Assembly: GCA_051362555.1 (NCBI GenBank)
Contig: CM120645.1
Location: 22,568,001 to 22,632,000 of the forward strand
Direction: 5' to 3'
From: Lingula anatina
Taxonomy: Eukaryota; Animalia; Brachiopoda
DNA length: 64,000 nucleotides
Shown here: positions 35,504-48,100 of the stretch, piece after piece
How positions within the stretch are numbered: the stretch's first letter is position 1
Layout of the letters: the number at the start of each line of letters is the position of its first letter
Translations under genes and position numbers: made by a program
Notes under the pieces: generated by a model
Database searches by the model: none
Seen by the model: the letters and a program-made list of their open reading frames with translations, nothing else
Told to the model about the DNA's origin: nothing

Positions 35504-35859
35504 CTTGTTGCTTTACCTAAAAATGACATAAGTTTATCATTATCTTCTATAACTTAAATTTTCTGCATAAAAGTTACTGTAAATAAGTCTAATATCAACT
35601 GTGCATTAGCCAAACCAAATCATATATTTATTGCTTTCAATGCTGTACTGTGTGCAGTACAATTCATTCAGTAGGCGAAAAATATAACGTAATTTTACAA
35701 CATTCAGAGTCGTAATTGTCACAAATTTTAAAAATATATACGTGCCGAAATCATTTTAAGAAAAATAATTACTCTTTATCGAATCTATAGATACCTACCG
35801 ATTAAAAAGGAAGAAAAAACTACAGATATCCAATATTTCAGTGATTCCTTTCTCCAATA

Positions 35860-36178
35860 TGGCGACGATAACAGTTTGAAAACGAGACTCGTTGCTATGT
35901 GAGACTGCACGACTTACCACAAAACATATTGAGTCAAAGGTCACTGGTCAAAGGTATCCTAAAGTATCAGTTCTTTTTTAATACATTAAAATTTTACAAA
36001 TAGACAAACAAATATATTAAATAATGTTTATATTTGTAAATAATACTAAGTGCGTCTTAAAAACGATAGTTAATAAAAGAATGAATTTGTGTTGTATGAT
36101 ATCTCAAAGTGCGGAATGAGAATCGACCTATATAATTTCGCGGACACTTTCGAGTTAGACACAACACTGATAAACAAG
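35860..36178. promoter_or_regulatory. Bidirectional promoter region between CFAP100 and AMDHD1, with candidate RFX X-box and DR1 sites
   Basis: Start codons diverge about 675 bp apart (35503 and 36179). A CFAP100 non-coding exon donor is likely at about 35797. X-box-like GTTGCTATGTGAGAC at 35891-35905; DR1-like GAGTCAAAGGTCA at 35931-35943 and TGGTCAAAGGTAT at 35945-35957. Confidence 0.55.
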
Positions 36179-39100
36179 ATGGGCACTTACAAACTCTTAG
36201 TGCATTCGGCAAGACAAGTTGTTCTTGTTGCTTCAAAAGGAGAACGAGTCCTAAAAGGAGAAGACATGAAGCATATAGCTGTGCTTGAAGAAGATGGAGC
36301 CAACGGAGTTAGCATTATAGTGGGGCGGTAAATTAATGAAAACTTGATAATCTGAATTATTTTCTTAATTGTGTTAGGTAGATCACAATCCGCTAGGGGC
36401 GCTACAGTCGTAACTGTCCACGGGCAGTGAAGTGTTAAACTGAAGTCGGCCTGCTGACAGTTCGCCTATGGAACCCCTTTTTTAAATCTCTCTTTTAGCG
36501 CTGCGTAAAAAAACTAATACAAGCCATTAACTAAATAAGTTGTAAATCAAAGAGTAAAATCCGGTCACATGATTTTCCCATGTTGCAGTCTTTGACAAGT
36601 TTCGGTTCTGCTTGTTTTAAGTTTTGCCTCTACAAAATGCTAAAAAATTTCAGGTAAGTGCTGGTATCATCTTTTTGAAATTTATATCCAGCAAAGTTTA
36701 TGAAATTTGCTATATTATGTAGAAAAATCATGAAATTTGAAGGTTGCGAAGTATAGTTAATTTAATCCGCAATATTACATGATGTGAAAATTACCACAGG
36801 GAAATAGCTCTGCCCTGATTAGTCACAGGCTATGTGAGCCAGACAATAGGCTGAGCACACAAAGACACACAGGGTGCTCTGCTGCGCCTGAGTGATCACT
36901 GCTGGTCAGTGGGCACAGGTTTTGAGCTGAGAAGTGTGGACACTTTTGGTGGATTTTTGCAGTTAAAAAACTTCAATATCTTTGTTGCTTGTAGGAATAT
37001 TTAAAAAATTCCAAATGATTTCATCCGGTTTTTGCATTACCTTTCAGATGATATAAGTATTTAAATTTTCTGATCAGTTTGAAAATTTTTCTGATATACC
37101 TAATTGTGTTAAGGACATTGTTGAACGTATATCTGTTCATTATAAAGATTTTCTAGACTAGTTGATAAAACATGCATGTGTTTTGTCTGTAGACAATCTA
37201 GTAAATTAATTATTTATTTGGTTTATAATTGTTTTAATTAATTAATTAATTTATTTATTTATTTATTTATTTATTTAATTATTTATATTTTTGCTAACCT
37301 CTCAGGGATGGTCTGATCCATGCAGTGGGCTATGATGCAGACATTCAGAAAAAATATTGTAATGCAAAATTCGATAGATCCCTTGATGCTTCAGGAATGT
37401 GTATTGTACCAGGTGAGAGATTGCATATATACAGTGTATATAGTGGGTGTCTAGTCTGTGCAATGTATGTCAGCAACTAAATGAAAAAAAAAAATTATTT
37501 TGTCAATTATCCAGTATTAGTTTATCATGTATCCTTCTTGTAATATATTTTACAGGCAAAATTGAAATCCAGACAGATTTTACATATATTTATGTAAATC
37601 TGCCAAGGCCAGATTGAAATCGCAATCTCACCTAGGCAATACACACTCCTGTAATTTCAGTCTCACCTAGCCAGATCTGCCTGGATTTAAATCTTGCCTG
37701 TGATAAACATGCATAAACTATAGGTAATCAAATATACTGCCAGTAGCAGTTTCCATATGGACCTGTTTTTCTGTCTATAGGACTAGTGGACGGCCACACC
37801 CACCCTGTTTGGGCTGGAGACAGAGTGCATGAGTTTGCTATGAAGGTATGTCAGTGGATCTAGGCCCCTGGGTTTCAGGGAATACTGGAGACCTACCTTT
37901 GCTCAGAAAGGAGCTTCCAGTACTGGTAAAACTCAGGGTGATCAAGGCATGCACATGTAGAATTTTAACCAGTATAAATTAGTACAGGAGGGGGGGTGTA
38001 TATATATAAAACTCCTATCCATGCAGTAAAAAAAGCCCTTAGGCATATATCTTTTATTTATTAATATCAGGGCATTAGGACTCTGGAGTTCACCTCCCTT
38101 GAAGTAAATGAATTAATTGTATATTTCAAGTCAGGACTATCTACTCGATCACATACATGTACTCTAACCCTTAAGTGACCTTGACCTTGTGTGACCTTGA
38201 CCTCTGACCTTTAAGTTAGCAGGGGCCACTTACATGGAGGTGCATGCCGCAGGAGGTGGGATCAACTTTACTGTGGACCACACTCGGAAGGCCAGCGAGG
38301 AGCAGCTGTTGAAGGATTTCGAAGAGAGACTAAGGAGAATGTTGCGCTGCGGCACCACTCTGGTGGAGTGTAAGAGTGGGTATGGTCTTGATGTGGAAAC
38401 TGAGGTAAAAATGCTGCAGGTGATGGAGAATGCCAAGAAAAATGTCCCCATTGACATTTCATCAACATTTTGTGGAGCCCATTCTGTTCCAAAGTAAGGA
38501 ATATATAGAGAGAGGTATAGTTAAATCTACATGTATTATATATTTGAAATAAGAGAAAAAGAAAAGTGCTTTCCGATACAAGTACAAATACCGTAAATAA
38601 TACATCAGTGACCAAATGTTGCAAATTATAGTGGATAAGTCATTACGTTCATTCTCATTGTATTTATTTAATTACCTGTGACTATCAAAGTTGACAGTAA
38701 TCGTAGTAATGTTGTGAATTCCAGCAGATGGTGTAAAATAAAGATGCTAAATATCATTTTACCAATTATAACCCTCTAAAAAAGTTTAATTGGAATCAAT
38801 GTTACTAATGTTTCAGGAGATTTTTTTCAGTGTTATTGATTTTTAAGAATTTAAATTACCTGAAGGCATATTTTTATACAAAATTTAACAAACACCAATT
38901 TAGTTGTCAACTTGACATTTTAAAAATACAAAAAAAAAAAAGTAACAAACCACTTCCAGAGGTAAAACAGCAGATGAGGCAGCAGATGATGTTATAAATG
39001 TCCAGTTGGCCAGAATAAAGGCCCTGATGGACAGTGGTGAGCTGGAATTGGACAGTATAGACGTCTTCTGTGAGAAGGGAGTGTATGATGTAGAGCAGAC

Positions 39101-40455
39101 GAGAAGAATACTGCATGCTGGGAAAGAAATGGGGTTACTGATCAATTTTCATGGAGAAGAGCTCAATTACCTGGGTTCTGCTCAGGTATTTTATTTTTGA
39201 TAATATAATATATTCCCATCCGATGTTTTATTTATTAGTAAAATGTGACCTTCAAGAAAAAATGAATTTTTTAATTTATTATTATGATTACTGGTGCTTG
39301 TGATGTACTTTAACGTTTCTTAAACAGAATTAAAAAACAAAAAAAAAAGTTTTTTCTCTGCCTGGATGGTAGTGAGAACTTGGTAACAGCCCACAGTGTT
39401 ATTTTTTCTTCAAAATTTCCTTCGTTAATATTTATTTCTAATTCCATGCAGTCTGATAAGTAAATGACCAACTACTTTTATTGGTTGATTCAACATCAGA
39501 TGGGGGCAGAGCTCGGTGCAACAGCCATCAGCCATCTTGAAGAGGTATCAGACGAGGGTATCGCTGCCATGGCAACATCAAACACAGTAGCTGTGGTTCT
39601 CCCAACAACGGCATACATCCTCCGCCTGAGGGCGCCACCTGTTAGGAAAATGATTGATGGCGGAGTGCCAGTGGCACTGGGGTCTGACTTTAACCCGAAT
39701 GCATTTTGTTTATCTATGGTGAGTGGTACATGTAGTCGGTTGATACAGCCAAAAGAGGCCACTGACACTGGGTTGTATAAAACAAGATACAAAATTGTTC
39801 GAGAATTCACGTTAGGTAAGGCTTACCATGTACATGTAGCAATGAGGATGAAACTGTGCTTGCAATTGGGGAATGTTGTCTAAGGAAGCAATACAAAAGT
39901 AACAGTCTTGCCTTGGAGGGTGGGAAATGGAAGGAAGGGAGAAATCTTAGTATATAACAAGCACCATCTCAATGACCCACACTGAGAGAACATACGCATA
40001 GTTATTAATAAGTACCCAAAAAAAAAATTCAGACGTTTTATTACAAATTACTACTTTAAGTAACATACAGTTTTCTTTTCAATTTTTGTAAATAGTTACG
40101 TTTTCATAACTAAAGCAAACTATCTTTGTTCTCAGCCCTTGGTGATGCATCTCGCCTGCGTAAACTTCCGCATGACCATGAACGAGGCCCTGTGTGCTGC
40201 CACTCTGAATGCTGCAGCATCTGTGGGGAAATCCCACAGCCATGGCTCATTAGAAGTGGGGAAAGTCGGTGATATGCTGGTGATTAATGCTCCTAGGTAA
40301 GAAAAAGCTGAGAAAAGAAAAAAAGAGAGAGATAGAATAAAGAAATCGGAAGGGTTGAGGGAAATTGCCATTAGTGAATCAGCTTCATTTGGACTACAGA
40401 ATTATAAGGTTGTGCGCAAATGCTTTTAAAACTTACCATGTAGTCTCTCTTCCCC

Positions 40456-40491
<36 letters not shown>

Positions 40492-40807
40492 ACACAGAAA
40501 TGTTCCCTTAGAAATGTTAAAACCACAAAATATGATGATTGTAATTTGTCGATGAACACCTGTTGAATTACTTTGTGCTAAATCTCTTTTCATTTGTTTT
40601 TTTATTATTTGCCTGTCTCTCTTAAAAATAACCCTCCTGTGCCTGTAAGTGACATATATTCATTGATTCACTCTATATTAACTTATATGATTTTTTGTGT
40701 ATCAAATGCTAATTTTTAGATGGGAGCACCTTATCTACCAGCTGGGAGGACAAGATCATGTGATCAAGCACGTCATCAGGCGGGGAGACGTAGTTCATTC
40801 CAACTAG
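36179..40807 (+). CDS. AMDHD1: Imidazolonepropionase (amidohydrolase domain-containing protein 1, HutI), about 430 aa
   Basis: Exons 36179-36327, 37306-37412, 37781-37845, 38216-38493, 38960-39185, 39500-39718, 40136-40296, 40720-40807 (1293 nt). Motifs [88 protein letters not shown]. Confidence 0.97.
36376..37101. mobile_element. Non-autonomous DNA transposon with 9-11-bp TSD (Mutator-like) in AMDHD1 intron 1
   Basis: Short TIRs AGGTAGATCA / TGATATACCT flanked by the exact direct repeat TAATTGTGTTA (36366-36376 and 37101-37111). Confidence 0.6.
37552..37700. repeat. Inverted repeat, small MITE-like element in AMDHD1 intron 2
   Basis: ACAGGCAAATTGAAATCCAGACAGAT versus ATCTGCCTGGATTTAAATCTTGCCTGT. 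Confidence 0.6.
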
Positions 40808-41048
40808 AAGATATCACAGCATGCCCATGGGAAGGGTGAAGGGGGTGATGAAAAAACTGCCCCTTTGCCTGGAAAAGGTCTGCTCTGAATAAAAAAGTTT
40901 GACCTAGATTCCTTGCCAATTATGAAGTTAGATCTACTAAGGGGGTGTAAGGGTCCACTTTTGTCAAAAGTGGAATCCTCTTTTTGAAACTGTTGTCTGC
41001 CTGCCTGCAGAGTGATGTTTGCTTCAGACTAGCACGATGTATAGACTA

Positions 41049-41223
41049 CAGGGGCGGATTGAGGCCGTCTTCTGGGTCTTCCGGAAGACGGTCAAATTTC
41101 TAAGTTTACATTGATGAGTACTATACCTAATTTTTTCTGTCGGAAGACGGTCAGAAAAATGGAGGATGGATCAACAAAGATAATGTGGAAGACTGTCAGA
41201 AAATATCTCTGGATCCGCCCCTG
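41049..41223 (+). mobile_element. hAT-like MITE with 5-bp TSD (copy 1)
   Basis: TIRs CAGGGGCGGAT / ATCCGCCCCTG; internal GGAAGAC repeats; TSD GACTA / GACTA. Confidence 0.85.
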
Positions 41224-41698
41224 GACTAGACTGTCACAGTGGGAGACAGACATATGAATATGCATAGTGCCAAAGTTAGAGATGAGATGTAGAATAAAAC
41301 GATGTTGCTTCCATGGCCATTGCTTGCCACCTTATTTACCAGTATTTTAATATTTTAAAATCAGCAAACTGCTTCACTAAATATGTGGTTGGCAAGTATT
41401 GCAAATGTGCCAGTAACAGGTACCCTATATCAGGGCCACCGTTTTTTTTTTTTTTTACTAGATATTTACAGATATGTCTCTAGTTAAATTATAGACCTTT
41501 CTGCACTGTGAAGGGAATAGGGAGCTTAGTGGAGATCCTCTTTATGTTGAGTGATGTTTGATAACTTCTTATGAAAGAAGGAAATGTGTGTGAAGAGCAG
41601 TTTGTATTATTTATATTGAAATGTAAAAGACACACCTAAAACTTTTTGATATAGAATTATATTCAATACATCTTTATTTGCCCCCAAATGGTGATAGA

Positions 41699-41867
41699 CA
41701 GGGGCGGATTTAGGCCGTCTTCTGGGTCTTCCGGAAGACGGTCAGATTTTCAAGTTTACATTGACGGGTATCTAATTTTTTTCTGTTGGAAGACGGTCAA
41801 AATTGGAGGATGAACCAACAAAGATAATTTGGAAGACTGTCAGTAAATAGCTCTGGATCCGCCCCTG
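41699..41867 (+). mobile_element. hAT-like MITE with 5-bp TSD (copy 2)
   Basis: Same TIRs and internal sequence as 41049-41223; TSD ATAGA / ATAGA. Confidence 0.85.
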
Positions 41868-43390
41868 ATAGAGACAATGGATTTGCGGAGAGATGCATTT
41901 TTACAGTGCTTTGACCTATTAACATTAAGTACACAAAGTGTACAGCAACAGAATTACAAGTTTAAAGTAGTATAAAATGGATTATTGAATTCTAACCAAA
42001 TATACATGCACCATGGAAGCATAATTAAGAACCAATACAGCATACAGCACAAGCTACATGTAATTACGCAAGTGTCGAAGCTTCAACTGCTTCAACTCTG
42101 TTCTTTATTGATAAAATCAAATGTAAACCCTACAAGAAAGTTTCCTTGCACCCGAATGTAGTACATGTACTTCTTGTTGTGGAAATAAGTGTTAAGCAAG
42201 ATCGATGCGGTAGGAATATTTCCGCTTAGATAATGCGGAAGTGAACGCTGCCATGTTATGAAATAAAGCTGGTGCATTTGAAATATATCGATCTGGAGCT
42301 AAGGACGTAAAGGCAATGATTTGTGGGTGAAAACTAATATCGATTTGAAACGGATTCTCCATCACCTGAACAGCCATCAACATCGTTTTAACGTCCTTTT
42401 AATCACAACGATGAGTAGGGCTAATAGTATCTGTCTTTTTAAATAGAATATCGGAATCAGGGGCTCTGATTTTCAAGCTAAAAAAATGAAACTTGACGCC
42501 GGCATTAGATAAATCACATGTAATTCACACACTAGTCACCGAGTGTGCCAATTTTCCTGATAATATCTAACCGTATTTAGGCCTATACGCTTTTGTTACG
42601 GAGTTATGTCATAAACCGAACGCTATTTAACAAAGCAGAGAAATTGACAATTGTTGCTTGGCCATCCTATATGCAGAAGTACCTGGGTGGCGAATTAAGC
42701 AACGAAAAAAGGAATTTGTGCTCTAAATGTGTTAATTTGTATTGCAGTGATATTAAGATAAGTATTTCACGAACGGGGTTAAAAAAAACTTCTGCCGAAT
42801 TTATACCTTCATAATGTTTTGATAACCTTTTAAAGCGTTGTTGATGCTTGTTCTGGCGAGGTAGAACTGTTTGATATCGATATTACTAATTTACCATAAA
42901 AACGCTGCTGTTACGTCATCAACTCGAGCATGGAAATTCAACCCAATGCCTTACAGAATAAAACGTCATGGAAATATCTCATGCTTTGACGAAGTTAATT
43001 AATGCATTATCTAAACGGATGAGGCGATAAATCCTAATGTACAGTAAACTGTATCGACTCCATTAGGAATCGGTAAATTTTGATTCCCTGCAGTGGATAA
43101 TTTTGACTATCTCGAAGGTGCGACGCACACATTGAAATAAAGGACAACAAACCACGTGTTGTATATGCAAAACTCTGTTCTAAAGCACGTGGACGCCGCC
43201 CGAGATCTCAAGAACGATTCTTAGTCGCATGTGATAGGCCACAAAAAAGTAATAATGACCATTAGGTCGAGAGTGTTTTTATGAGTCTGGGTAGAAAAAG
43301 ATGTGTATTTTTTACACCAAGAGGTTCATGATATCACATATGACTGTAAATTTGTATATCAACAAGATAACAATGACTGGCGTCATCTTA

Positions 43391-43614
43391 GACCCCATTC
43401 CCATAGATTTTAGATCGATCTATCCCTGTGTGTAGTCTCACTAGATTACTGTCAGCTTAGCCGGCTTAAGCGTCTGTCCCGCCTACTGAAAGCCGTAAGG
43501 GGGTATTTACTATGGTGCGCGCTCGGCTGACTGCGATTTAGCGTAAACCCCCAGGGAGTTAGGTCGATCTAAATTTTAATCTCTGGATCGATCTAAATCT
43601 CTGGGAATGCACCC
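43391..43614 (-). mobile_element. PIF/Harbinger-type MITE (family H1)
   Basis: Near full-length reverse complement of 6143-6367; flanks TTA / TTT. Confidence 0.82.
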
Positions 43615-44135
43615 TTTATTTGACCTCTTTCCCACTTAGGGCCAAGAAGGTCAAGGCCAGTGTTCACTCCAGATTGCATGTATTCGTCTTCGTCAACGAA
43701 TGTCAATTTTGCCAATATGAACTGCATTGCTATTTATCTAAGTAATTACTGAAATGATTGAAAATGTGTGTTCCTCTTTGTTGATTGAAATAACGTTCGA
43801 TAATGCACTTCAGCTAGAAAATTTACTCAAGGTTTAACTTCCCGGAAACGCACGTTTTGAAAATCATTGATTAACAAGTGACAGTGTGTCAATACGCATC
43901 CCGAACTAATGGCTAGTATTCTTAGTAAGTAACCAAAGCACAAACCGTTTGCAAATGGAAATTGTGCACACCAAAATTCAGCACATGTGCAAGTATGAAT
44001 AAATAGGCACTTCTTCACTTCTTACTTCTCTCATTTGACAACGAAACGCAACTACAAAAATTTCTCAATTACAGATGAAAAACACTTCGTCCCTGAAACG
44101 TAATTTTTGTATTGTGCGCCAGAAGGATACTACAG

Positions 44136-44173
<38 letters not shown>

Positions 44174-44718
44174 AGAAAATTTATTATGCTAGATAAACCA
44201 AAGTAATATGGCATTGTATAACAGGATGTAATATTTGAGGAGTTAAAATTTTACGATTAAACTAAAGAGTTTGTTCTTTACTCATATGGCATGATCCAAG
44301 TCTAAAATATTCCAGGTATAGATTTTTTTAATACACAGGGAGAAGAGTTAATCGAAGTTCGGGATAGCATACACGCTCTTTTGTCGTGACTTCCGAGGTA
44401 ATTGTTCATGCCATCGACTGCCGGAAAAACAGTCATCCACATTTAAGTTAGAAATTCTTTAAAAATCCAATTTCCACTGTATGGATTAGAGAACGCACGT
44501 GACCAATCGTAGGCCTAAAGTTGGTTATTCGTGGCGTGGTTGCTTTACGTATACTCTGCATTGGAGAAGAATAGCCAAAGTTCAAATCGCCCACGAAAAC
44601 TGGTTCCAACAGCCGCTTTTTATCCAGTGGAGTTATCAGTTAAAACACTTTTTGGCTTCACCAGTTTTTGTTTTTTTTAAGACGTTGTTTTTATTAATAA
44701 CTCCATATTCAAGTAAAG

Positions 44719-45118
44719 ATGACTGTCTTACTTGCTTTTGGAATTGCCATCGTTGCGTTGCCACCAGCAGCAGCCGAAGTCATCAACACGTGCCAAGCTT
44801 TGCCGTCTCCGACACACATGGACGTGAAGCAAGTGTCTTCAAACTACGATGTCACTACCGTCCTTGCCACGACGGAAGCACGCAGCAACATAGAGTGTAT
44901 CATCATGTGTAAAATCTCACCAGATTGTATCTCTGTATTCTACAACAGTCAAACTGGGATTTGTTCATTGTTGGATGAAATACAGTACTCGCCAGCGCTC
45001 GGGAATGCGGTTTCAATGGCTGGAGGCATGCTAACCAATGTTGTTCCGAGGGCTGTAAGTATATATCAAGACGACTTTTTATTTTTATGTATATTCAAAT
45101 ACGTGTGTCAAACCGTTG

Positions 45119-45151
<33 letters not shown>

Positions 45152-48100
45152 AGGAGGGAGAGAGAGAGAGAGAGGGGGGAGGAGGAAGAGAGGGAGAGAG
45201 AGGTTAAAGAAGTTGTGGTGCTCATGTATGTACTACGCACGCGCTTTCCTCTGAAACATCATTTGAAAACATGATTATCTTTAATCATATAGATTATATA
45301 TATACTCAGTTTCTTGTTCATAGTACGAATACTTTATTATTTGACAGACTGATCTTGATCTCGAGAGTAATCTGACAGTTTGTAATGGCTCCCCGTGCCT
45401 CGTTTCTGGTAGATGTAGAGAAGACTGTGATCTTAATGAACCTTTTTGTCTGGGTAAGTGTTTCTTTATTTTTATCATCATTATTATTTTTACACTAAAC
45501 TGTTATGTTTTACGGCTTTTTCCACACGAGTCTCGAGATACAGGCATAATCGATGCTAAAGCACTTTACAGAGACGTATACCCTTTATACAAGATGCGGT
45601 TGTCTGTCATATCTCTTTTCTGATCGCAGACAGAGTTTTGTGTCTCAGATTTGTCCCCGCATAAAGCGCCACCATACCAGTGCGTTGCATCCACAAGGTA
45701 ACGCAGCCTGTGAGAAAAAACTCAATAATTGCGCAAACTCTGAGAGCATATTGCGACACAAATCCAACTGCTTGGCCTGATATTCTTCCAGGCGTTATGA
45801 TGGCATTACGTGTGACCCCTTGTCCTCAATCCACAAAGTTTTCTCCTTATCATTCAATTTTGGAATTTTGGACTAGAAATGTGTACATCATTAGATAGTT
45901 ATTAGGCCTATATCCCTGAACTCAATGATAACAAATACTAACATCAGTACACTGAGGAATTGAAAGATACATTGGAAGCAGCGAAAGAAATGACAACGAA
46001 GAATGGAGAGGCAGCTCTGAAACATTAGATAGCAAGATTTAAATCAAAGCAACCCATTTATAAAATAGTCGGTAGAGTTTAGATATAAACACCAGTTACA
46101 CCCAAAGGATTAAGTTCTAAGATGAGCATCAAGTAAAAAGTACCGTATTATATTACGAAAACATTACCAACAGGTTGCACATAATATTTGAGAGATTGTA
46201 AGACACACAGAGAACAAAATCACCTGTTCATGCGTACAGGCGTAAAATCTAATACTTAAATTCTATTCGATTTGTTAAGCAGATTTTTATTTGTTTTGTG
46301 TTTATTTTTGTAATGATAGAGTAAATCCATCCATGTAAACTCTGGGTTTCCTTGCATTTTCAACACCCTCTCACATATTTCATCTACGGCAACTAGCATC
46401 ACTCTCCTTTTAAAATTTGCCAATAAAGATATAGTCACTCTATTGATCGAGCATCGATGAAGACATTAATTGTCAGTTCTTTTTTGTGTGTGAAAGAAGT
46501 GACAAAAACGACAAAGAATCTCTCAAAGGGCTAACAGGAAGTTTCTTGTATCTACCGCCATATTGATAATAGTTCTGGGTTGAGAGCTTGCATGTTTAAA
46601 TTTACAGATGAAAGTTGGCAAAATACTTTGTACTTTTTGATACGGTACTCGTGGCCACTGATTTTAAGCTCGTGCCGTAAAATCGTGATTGGAGTTGTTA
46701 ATTTTGGAGTTCGTGAGCACAAACCTGAGGTTCGTTATCGCAAACGACAATTATCATTTATGAGGCCTGATAGGATTTACCTTGGAGGCTCAGGGTTTGT
46801 AAAATTCCCCATATAATGCAATGTAATAAAAGTGACTTTTTCAATATGCTTCCTCGGAGCACATTGCTCCAAACTTCTTTAAATTCTTTACTTATACCAC
46901 CTCTGGATTAAGAACGGTGCTTTTTTAATTATACAGGGCCTCAAAAAGTAAAGTAAGATGACAGTTAAAATTAAGACAATGTGACGCTCTGAAATCATAT
47001 AATCAAAGTTGAAGTCATATTTATATAAATTGTTAAATATGACTTTTTAGTTTGGCTATACCTTTGGTCCGAATACCTAGTTTAAACTTAAAATATGATT
47101 ATATTCCAGACGGTTTGTTTATATAGACAAAGGAAAAGTATAAAATTCTACGTCCTTGTCTTTTTGAAATTGGTCATTAGTTCATACAAACGATGTACTA
47201 AATTTGTACATTAATCAATTAATATCTCAGACATGCAAACACCGTGTCGTATTTGACCCTTGTGTGTAATTTGTTTTAATTCAATGACAGCGTATTTCCA
47301 TTACCACCGGATATTGGCTTCAGTACTTCGAGAGGCTTTTCATGGCGGATTTGGATCGAACCATTCAGAAAAGTTCGTACGTACCGTAATCTGAGAAGGA
47401 CACTATATCATGATGGAATTGTGAAAAATGGTGAAGGGGCTGCCAGATGTAGTTGCTTTGTTGGAGAGACGGAAATTTTCGGACTCGGACAAAGGTTCCA
47501 ACTGGACTAGAGTGGACCAAAATGGTTTACAATGGACATCAATGTTTACACGCTTGGCATTCAACGACGTGTTTTGTCTCACTAATTGTATGTTTTTTCA
47601 TGACTTATTTCTAAAGTCTTTACGTCAATAAACGCTATTACACCTTGTTTCGATTTGCACTCAGCATCGTAGGAAGCAATCAAATACAATAAATTCTGTT
47701 TTTGTCCGAAAAAGCGACGCACCAAATCGATACAACGAGCCATTAGCCTAGGCTGTTAGACAACGTACATTTCTGTCTAGTTAAAAGCTTGGCCTACCTA
47801 TGCAAATGAGCTCAACGATAAATGTCTTTTGTTGCAATTCAGCCGTTCAGTAAAATTATGAATATTAGTATGTGAATTTAATTAACTGGTATTGTTTTCA
47901 AGACTATAGGATAAAAACTGAATCGCTATTTTCTTTTTTTTATTTTGGCCATGGTTTAAGGAGGCCAATTAGTAAAATCTTTGGAAACGTTTCTTTAAAC
48001 AAAACACATCTTGTTAGTGTTAATCCATGTATATTTTGAAGACATTATTTATTTTACGTTAAAGCGACAATTTCATCATGATCTGTATATATAATAACTA

